Shown here: one piece after another, positions 55,633 to 64,000 of the stretch
Position numbering within the stretch: the stretch's first letter is position 1
Layout of the letters: each line of letters begins with the position of its first letter
NCBI RefSeq assembly: GCF_054482525.1
Contig: NZ_CM137006.1
DNA length: 64,000 bases
Reading direction: 5' to 3' (one strand)
The notes under the pieces: generated by a model
The model's input: only the letters and a program-made list of their open reading frames with translations
The model's database searches: none
Told to the model about the DNA's origin: nothing
Position numbers and translations under genes: made by a program

Positions 55633-56697
55633 ATGAAAAACGCCACATGCTTAACTGACGATCAACGCTGGCAATCTGTCTTAGCCCGCGACCCGAACGC
55701 CGACGGCGAATTCGTTTTCGCCGTGCGCACCACGGGTATCTTTTGCCGTCCGTCTTGCCGAGCCAGACATGCCTTGCGGGAAAATGTCTCCTTCTACGCA
55801 AATGCCAGCGAGGCGCTTGCCGCTGGCTTTCGTCCCTGCAAACGTTGTCAGCCAGACAAAGCCAATCCCCTGCAACATCGCCTTGATAAAATTACCCACG
55901 CCTGCCGACTTCTGGAACAGGAAACGCCTGTAACGCTGGAAGCCTTAGCCGACCAGGTGGCGATGAGTCCATTTCATTTGCATCGGTTGTTTAAAGCGAC
56001 TACCGGAATGACGCCTAAAGCCTGGCAACAGGCCTGGCGCGCTCGCCGTTTGCGCGAATTGCTGGCGAAAGGGGAGAGCGTGACTACATCTATTCTTAAC
56101 GCCGGATTCCCCGACAGCAGCAGTTACTACCGCAAAGCCGACGAAACGCTGGGCATGACGGCTAAACAATTCCGTCACGGTGGCGAAAATCTGGCGGTGC
56201 GTTACGCGCTGGCTGATTGTGAGCTGGGCCGTTGCCTGGTGGCAGAAAGCGAGCGGGGGATTTGCGCGATATTACTGGGCGATGATGACGGGACATTAAT
56301 CAGCGAGTTGCAGCAGATGTTTCCCGCTGCCGACAACGCGCCTGCCGATTTGACGTTTCAACAACATGTGCGTGAAGTGATCGCCAGCCTCAATCAACGC
56401 GATACGCCGCTGACGTTACCGCTGGACATTCGCGGCACTGCTTTTCAGCAACAAGTCTGGCAGGCACTGCGCACGATACCTTGCGGTGAAACCGTCAGTT
56501 ATCAGCAACTGGCGAACGCCATCGGCAAACCGAAAGCGGTACGGGCCGTTGCCAGCGCCTGTGCCGCCAACAAGCTGGCTATCGTAATACCCTGTCATCG
56601 GGTGGTCCGTGGTGATGGCACACTTTCCGGTTACCGCTGGGGCGTGTTGCGTAAAGCACAACTGCTGCGCCGCGAAGCTGAGAATGAGGAGAGGTAA
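55633..56697 (+). CDS. ada: Ada: methylated-DNA-protein-cysteine methyltransferase / AraC-type regulator
   Basis: 354-aa ORF MKNATCLTDDQRWQSVLARDPNADGEFVFAVRTTGIFCRPSCRAR... with the PCHRV active site. Confidence 0.92.
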   Translation: MKNATCLTDDQRWQSVLARDPNADGEFVFAVRTTGIFCRPSCRARHALRENVSFYANASEALAAGFRPCKRCQPDKANPLQHRLDKITHACRLLEQETPVTLEALADQVAMSPFHLHRLFKATTGMTPKAWQQAWRARRLRELLAKGESVTTSILNAGFPDSSSYYRKADETLGMTAKQFRHGGENLAVRYALADCELGRCLVAESERGICAILLGDDDGTLISELQQMFPAADNAPADLTFQQHVREVIASLNQRDTPLTLPLDIRGTAFQQQVWQALRTIPCGETVSYQQLANAIGKPKAVRAVASACAANKLAIVIPCHRVVRGDGTLSGYRWGVLRKAQLLRREAENEER

Positions 56698-57347
56698 TGT
56701 TGGATCTGTTTGCCGATGCTGAACCGTGGCAAGAGCCACTGGCGGCTGGTGCGGTAATTTTACGGCGTTTTGCTTTTAACGCTGCGGAGCAACTGATCCG
56801 CGATATTAATGATGTTGCCAGCCAGTCGCCGTTTCGCCAGATGGTCACTCCAGGCGGATATACCATGTCGGTGGCGATGACCAATTGTGGGCATCTGGGC
56901 TGGACGACCCATCGGCAAGGTTATCTCTATTCGCCCATTGATCCGCAAACAAATAAACCGTGGCCCGCCATGCCACAAAGCTTTCATGATTTATGTCAAC
57001 GTGCGGCTACGGCGGCGGGCTATCCAGATTTCCAGCCAGATGCTTGTCTTATCAACCGCTACGCTCCTGGCGCGAAACTGTCGCTGCATCAGGATAAAGA
57101 CGAACCGGATCTGCGCGCGCCGATTGTTTCTGTTTCTCTGGGCTTACCCGAGATTTTTCAATTTGGCGGCCTGAAACGAAATGATCCGCTAAAAAGATTG
57201 TTGTTGGAACATGGCGATGTGGTGGTATGGGGCGGTGAATCGCGGCTGTTTTATCATGGCATTCAACCGTTGAAAGCGGGGTTTCATCCACTCACCACCG
57301 ACTGCCTCTACAACCTGACATTCCGTCAGGCAGGTAAAAAAGAATAA
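56697..57347 (+). CDS. alkB: AlkB Fe(II)/2-oxoglutarate-dependent DNA/RNA dealkylase
   Basis: 216-aa ORF MLDLFADAEPWQEPLAAGAVILRRFAF...; start overlaps the ada stop (TAATG). Confidence 0.92.
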   Translation: MLDLFADAEPWQEPLAAGAVILRRFAFNAAEQLIRDINDVASQSPFRQMVTPGGYTMSVAMTNCGHLGWTTHRQGYLYSPIDPQTNKPWPAMPQSFHDLCQRAATAAGYPDFQPDACLINRYAPGAKLSLHQDKDEPDLRAPIVSVSLGLPEIFQFGGLKRNDPLKRLLLEHGDVVVWGGESRLFYHGIQPLKAGFHPLTTDCLYNLTFRQAGKKE

Positions 57348-57422
57348 AAATAAGAATTATTATTGCTGTGCGCGCGAAGATGTTTAAACTGCGGGCTGTA
57401 ATTCATTGTCCGGGTTTTCTGC

Positions 57423-59066
57423 ATGGAACTTCTTGTACTTGTCTGGCGGCAGTATCGCTGGCCATTTATCAGTGTGATGGCGCTAAGCCTCGCCAGTGCG
57501 GCTTTAGGCATTGGCTTAATTGCTTTTATCAATCAGCGCCTTATCGAAACGGCGGATACCAGTCTGCTGGTATTGCCGGAGTTTCTGGGATTATTGTTGC
57601 TGTTGATGGTCGTCACTCTCGGATCGCAACTGGCGCTTACTACGCTGGGCCATCACTTCGTTTACCGACTGCGTAGCGAATTTATCAAGCGGATTCTGGA
57701 TACTCACGTCGAGCGCATTGAACAACTTGGTAGCGCTTCGTTGCTGGCGGGGTTAACCAGCGATGTGCGCAATATCACCATAGCTTTTGTGCGTCTGCCG
57801 GAACTGGTGCAGGGGATCATTCTCACTATCGGTTCAGCGGCGTATCTGTGGATGCTGTCGGGCAAAATGTTGCTGGTAACGGCTATCTGGATGGCGATCA
57901 CCATCTGGGGCGGTTTTGTGCTGGTGGCGCGGGTGTACAAACACATGGCGACCCTGCGTGAAACCGAAGACAAGCTGTACACGGATTTTCAAACCGTACT
58001 CGAAGGGCGCAAAGAGCTGACTCTGAACCGGGAACGCGCCGAGTATGTGTTTAACAACCTCTACATTCCTGATGCGCAAGAGTATCGCCATCATATTATC
58101 CGCGCAGACACCTTCCATCTTAGTGCCGTGAACTGGTCAAACATCATGATGCTGGGCGCAATCGGCCTGGTGTTCTGGATGGCGAACAGCCTCGGTTGGG
58201 CTGATACCAACGTTGCCGCGACCTATTCGTTGACGCTTTTATTCCTGCGTACGCCGCTGCTTTCGGCGGTTGGCGCATTACCGACGCTGCTGACGGCGCA
58301 GGTGGCGTTTAACAAGCTGAACAAATTCGCGCTCGCGCCTTTCAAAGCAGAGTTTCCGCGCCCGCAGGCGTTTCCCAACTGGCAAACGCTGGAGCTGCGT
58401 AACGTGACGTTTGCTTATCAGGATAACGCGTTTTCCGTTGGTCCGATTAATCTCACCATCAAACGTGGCGAACTGCTGTTTCTGATTGGTGGCAACGGTA
58501 GTGGAAAATCGACGCTGGCGATGTTGCTGACGGGCTTGTATCAGCCACAAAGCGGCGAAATCTTGCTGGATGGCAACCCTGTCAGCGGCGAACAACCGGA
58601 AGATTATCGCAAACTGTTTTCGGCAGTGTTTACCGATGTCTGGCTGTTTGATCAACTGCTGGGGCCGGAGGGGCAACCCGCTAACCCGCAACTGGTTGAG
58701 AAGTGGCTGGCGCAGCTGAAAATGGCTCATAAGCTTGAGTTAAGTAACGGGCGTATTGTTAACCTGAAGTTATCGAAAGGGCAGAAAAAACGCGTGGCGC
58801 TGTTGCTGGCGCTGGCAGAAGAACGCGATATTATCCTGCTGGATGAATGGGCGGCGGATCAGGATCCACACTTCCGTCGTGAGTTTTATCAGGTGTTGCT
58901 GCCGCTGATGCAGGAGATGGGTAAAACTATTTTCGCCATCAGTCATGATGATCATTACTTTATCCACGCCGACCGCCTGCTGGAAATGCGCAACGGGCAA
59001 CTTAGCGAGCTGACAGGCGAAGAGCGCGATGCTGCTTCGCGTGATGCCGTTGCCCGGACGGCATAA
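57423..59066 (+). CDS. yojI: ABC transporter YojI (microcin J25 efflux), fused TMD-NBD
   Basis: 547-aa ORF with N-terminal TM segments and Walker A (GGNGSGKST), signature and Walker B (ILLLDE) motifs. Confidence 0.88.
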   Translation: MELLVLVWRQYRWPFISVMALSLASAALGIGLIAFINQRLIETADTSLLVLPEFLGLLLLLMVVTLGSQLALTTLGHHFVYRLRSEFIKRILDTHVERIEQLGSASLLAGLTSDVRNITIAFVRLPELVQGIILTIGSAAYLWMLSGKMLLVTAIWMAITIWGGFVLVARVYKHMATLRETEDKLYTDFQTVLEGRKELTLNRERAEYVFNNLYIPDAQEYRHHIIRADTFHLSAVNWSNIMMLGAIGLVFWMANSLGWADTNVAATYSLTLLFLRTPLLSAVGALPTLLTAQVAFNKLNKFALAPFKAEFPRPQAFPNWQTLELRNVTFAYQDNAFSVGPINLTIKRGELLFLIGGNGSGKSTLAMLLTGLYQPQSGEILLDGNPVSGEQPEDYRKLFSAVFTDVWLFDQLLGPEGQPANPQLVEKWLAQLKMAHKLELSNGRIVNLKLSKGQKKRVALLLALAEERDIILLDEWAADQDPHFRREFYQVLLPLMQEMGKTIFAISHDDHYFIHADRLLEMRNGQLSELTGEERDAASRDAVARTA

Positions 59067-59078
59067 TATTACGACGCT

Positions 59079-59105
59079 GACCTGGCGGACTGCTGCCGCC
59101 AGGTC
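59079..59105 (+). terminator. Hairpin after yojI (gacctggcgg-actgctg-ccgccaggtc)
   Basis: Perfect 10-bp inverted repeat 13 nt downstream of the yojI stop; no clear T-run. Confidence 0.4.
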
Positions 59106-59271
59106 AATATGCTAAAAATCCCTTCATTTCTAATAACCCTATAATTAATCAACGAAATTATAATGTTTCTAAAATTAGAATATAATTTATAAACATTATT
59201 TAAATGTTGTTACTTAAGTGTTACCGTTGATGCCGCGCAAATCTCACCTGCAATAAAGCGACTAAAAGTAA

Positions 59272-60930
<1,659 letters not shown>

Positions 60931-60934
60931 TGAT

Positions 60935-61078
60935 GTGCCACATCCGGCATGGTATGCCGGATGTGGCGTATGCAGATAAGACGCGTCAGCGTCGCATCAG
61001 TCAACCGGCTCGGGCGTTAGATGTCGGATGCGGCGTGACCGCCTAATCCGACCTACGGGGTGCCGCACTTCACAGCAG
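60935..61078. repeat. BIME: cluster of REP palindromes between mqo and eco
   Basis: Repeated gccggatgtggc / gatgcgacgctgacgcgtcttatc / gtcggatgcggcgtga units in alternating orientation. Confidence 0.7.
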
Positions 61079-61079
61079 T

Positions 61080-61568
61080 TTAGCGGACTACCGCGTTGTC
61101 AATTTTCTCTTCCGCCTTCCAGATGCGGTACTTCACATCCACATTGTCTGGCGTATACACCACGATCGGCAGCTTGCTGTTATAACGCAGCATTCCAGCA
61201 TCGCCCAGATACGCGGTGACAAATTTCTTCTCTTTTTTGCCATCCGGGCAGGCCATCATCGTCGAAACCGGGGAACTGACTTTATCAAAGACATAATAAT
61301 CATAGCCCCAGCCTTCCAGCGTTTTGCTTTCCAGCTTCCCGCCGAGACGATGCAAATTGCAATCGACTTCCAGCGTCTGACCGATTAACAGTTCTACTTT
61401 CAGGGTAGATTCATCTTCTTGCGGGGTTAACTGAATCACCTGACGCTTCATGCCTTTTTCAGCTTGCGGATAAGGCGCGATTTTTTCCAGTGGCTGGACG
61501 CTCTCTGCCGCCCAGGCGGAGGTGGTGGCGAAAGCGGCAAACAATACTGCAGGTAGAATGGTCTTCAT
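61080..61568 (-). CDS. eco: Ecotin (periplasmic serine-protease inhibitor)
   Basis: 162-aa [50 protein letters not shown]... Confidence 0.92.
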   Translation of the reverse strand: MKTILPAVLFAAFATTSAWAAESVQPLEKIAPYPQAEKGMKRQVIQLTPQEDESTLKVELLIGQTLEVDCNLHRLGGKLESKTLEGWGYDYYVFDKVSSPVSTMMACPDGKKEKKFVTAYLGDAGMLRYNSKLPIVVYTPDNVDVKYRIWKAEEKIDNAVVR

Positions 61569-61973
61569 TTTTGCTTTCCTTCTTCATTTATAGGTTTTCA
61601 CCGATGATGTCGCTGAAGGTTAACATATTCATCAGATTTATTAATTTGCTTTATGAATAACTTAAAGAACAGTCAGATAATTTTACCTGCTCTTTTAGTG
61701 TTAAATTCTGATGAGAGAGCAAACCAACAGAAATATTTCTGGTGAATTAATCGCTATATAAATATGTTTATAACCATTTGAAATGTGAGCAAAAGCCCGT
61801 TTTTGCCACGCTTCCCGCCACTCTTTTGATCCTGCTACAGGTTTTACCCCGATCGGGGTATGCATCTTTGACACATCCTTTAATATCTTAGCGGCTATAA
61901 AAATGGCTTATTAATTATGCGGTTTATTTGGTCGCTCTCAATTTTCAGAGCGCGTTAATGATGGAAGGTCAAT

Positions 61974-62468
61974 GTGAAGATTGATGCATCCCGTCGGGGC
62001 ATACTCACTGGTCGCTGGCGCAAAGCCAGTAACGGTATCCGTCCGCCCTGGTCCGGTGATGAATCTCATTTTCTGACCCATTGCACCCGCTGCGACGCCT
62101 GTATTAATGCTTGTGAAAACAACATTATGCAACGCGGCGCGGGCGGCTATCCGAGCGTTAATTTCAAAAATAACGAGTGCAGCTTCTGTTACGCCTGCGC
62201 GCAGGCTTGCCCCGAATCGCTATTTTCTCCGCGCCACACCAGGGCCTGGGATTTGCTGTTCACCATCGGGGAGGCGTGCCTGGCGTATCAAACAGTTGAA
62301 TGCCGCCGCTGTCAGGATAGCTGTGAGCCAATGGCAATTATCTTTCGCCCGACGCTCTCCGGGATCTACCAGCCGCAACTTAATAGCCAACTTTGCAACG
62401 GATGTGGAGCATGTGCAGCCAGCTGTCCGATATCAGCCATAACTGCGGAGTATCTCCATGCACACTAA
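61974..62468 (+). CDS. napF: Ferredoxin-type protein NapF
   Basis: 164-aa ORF with GTG start, (M)KIDASRRGILTGRW..., several CxxCxxCxxxCP iron-sulfur motifs. Confidence 0.9.
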   Translation: MKIDASRRGILTGRWRKASNGIRPPWSGDESHFLTHCTRCDACINACENNIMQRGAGGYPSVNFKNNECSFCYACAQACPESLFSPRHTRAWDLLFTIGEACLAYQTVECRRCQDSCEPMAIIFRPTLSGIYQPQLNSQLCNGCGACAASCPISAITAEYLHAH

Positions 62469-62721
62469 CTGGCAAGTTTGCAGCCTGGTCGTGCAGGCCA
62501 AAAGCGAACGAATTTCAGACATCAGCACCCAACTAAACGCCTTTCCCGGCTGTGAAGTTGCTGTCAGCGACGCGCCGAGCGGTCAGTTGATTGTGGTGGT
62601 GGAAGCAGAAGACAGCGAAACGCTGATCCAAACCATTGAGTCAGTACGCAACGTAGAGGGCGTGCTGGCGGTGTCGCTGGTTTATCACCAGCAGGAAGAG
62701 CAAGGTGAGGAAACACCATGA
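62458..62721 (+). CDS. napD: NapA chaperone NapD
   Basis: 87-aa [41 protein letters not shown]...; overlaps napF and napA. Confidence 0.9.
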
Positions 62722-64000
62722 AACTCAGTCGTCGTAGCTTTATGAAAGCTAACGCCGTTGCGGCCGCTGCGGCGGCTGCCGGTCTCAGCGTGCCGGGCGT
62801 TGCCCGCGCCGTTGTTGGTCAGCAGGAAGCCATTAAATGGGATAAAGCGCCGTGCCGTTTCTGCGGTACTGGTTGCGGCGTTCTGGTCGGAACGCAGCAG
62901 GGGCGTGTGGTGGCCTGTCAGGGCGACCCGGACGCACCGGTTAACCGTGGCCTGAACTGCATTAAGGGCTATTTCCTGCCCAAGATCATGTACGGTAAAG
63001 ACCGTTTGACGCAGCCGCTGCTGCGTATGAAAAACGGTAAATATGACAAAGAAGGCGAATTTACCCCAATCACCTGGGATCAGGCCTTCGATGTGATGGA
63101 AGAGAAATTCAAAACCGCCCTGAAAGAAAAAGGGCCGGAATCGATCGGTATGTTCGGTTCTGGTCAGTGGACTATCTGGGAAGGTTATGCCGCGTCCAAG
63201 CTGTTTAAAGCGGGCTTCCGTTCGAACAACATCGACCCGAACGCGCGTCACTGTATGGCGTCGGCGGTAGTTGGCTTTATGCGTACCTTTGGTATGGATG
63301 AGCCGATGGGCTGCTATGACGACATCGAGCAGGCTGACGCGTTTGTGCTGTGGGGCGCAAACATGGCGGAGATGCACCCGATCCTCTGGTCGCGCATCAC
63401 TAACCGTCGTCTCTCTAACCAGAACGTCACCGTGGCGGTGCTTTCTACCTACCAGCATCGTAGCTTCGAACTGGCGGATAACGGCATCATCTTTACGCCA
63501 CAGTCTGACCTGGTGATCCTGAACTACATCGCCAACTATATCATTCAAAACAATGCGATAAATCAGGACTTCTTCAGCAAGCACGTTAACCTGCGCAAAG
63601 GGGCGACGGACATCGGCTACGGTTTACGTCCGACCCATCCGCTGGAAAAAGCAGCGAAGAATCCGGGTTCTGACGCCTCCGAACCGATGAGCTTTGAAGA
63701 TTACAAAGCCTTCGTTGCTGAGTATACGCTGGAAAAAACTGCCGAAATGACCGGCGTGCCGAAAGACCAGTTAGAACAACTGGCGCAGCTGTATGCCGAT
63801 CCGAACAAGAAAGTCATCTCCTACTGGACGATGGGCTTCAACCAGCATACCCGTGGTGTGTGGGCCAACAACCTGGTCTACAACCTGCACCTGCTGACCG
63901 GCAAAATTTCCCAGCCGGGTTGCGGTCCGTTCTCCCTGACCGGGCAGCCTTCTGCGTGTGGTACTGCGCGTGAAGTAGGCACCTTTGCTCACCGTCTGCC
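62718..64000 (+). CDS. napA: Periplasmic nitrate reductase catalytic subunit NapA (N-terminal part; runs off window)
   Basis: ATG at 62718 gives [34 protein letters not shown] (Tat signal) then [10 protein letters not shown] 4Fe-4S motif; no stop before position 64000. Confidence 0.9.

Noticed and set aside
60935-61078. Possible CRISPR-like repeats between mqo and eco
   Set aside because: The repeats are imperfect palindromic REP units in alternating orientation without unique spacers of fixed length; this is BIME architecture, not a CRISPR array.

Overview
This window is an Escherichia coli chromosomal segment, reverse-complemented relative to the usual K-12 map, running arnT-arnDACB / ais / nudI / yfaZ / yfaY / (rhm) / rpnB / glpCBA-glpTQ / inaA / yfaE-nrdBA / yfaL / ubiG / gyrA / yfaA-T-S-Q-P / rcsC-rcsB-rcsD / micF-ompC / apbE / ada-alkB / yojI / mqo / eco / napFDA. 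Gene identities were assigned by reading the six-frame translations and recognising the proteins from memory; no database search was possible. The strain is not K-12-like at several places: (1) an IS200/IS605-family element (divergent tnpA and tnpB, two near-identical subterminal hairpins) sits directly after yfaY, where K-12 has rhmR-rhmD, and rhmT is 5'-truncated at the junction; (2) a visibly AT-rich islet carrying one orphan ORF of about 356 aa lies between glpQ and the yfaH remnant; (3) the atoSC-atoDAEB locus expected between yfaP and rcsC is missing; (4) gyrA codon 83 is TTG (Leu) instead of Ser, the classic quinolone-resistance change. Other points worth a second look are the frameshifted alpha-2-macroglobulin gene yfaS inside its five-gene operon, and rpnB with an internal in-frame SD+ATG whose start context is duplicated in the adjacent ypaA. 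No CRISPR array, tRNA or rRNA was seen. The only RNA gene recognised is micF.
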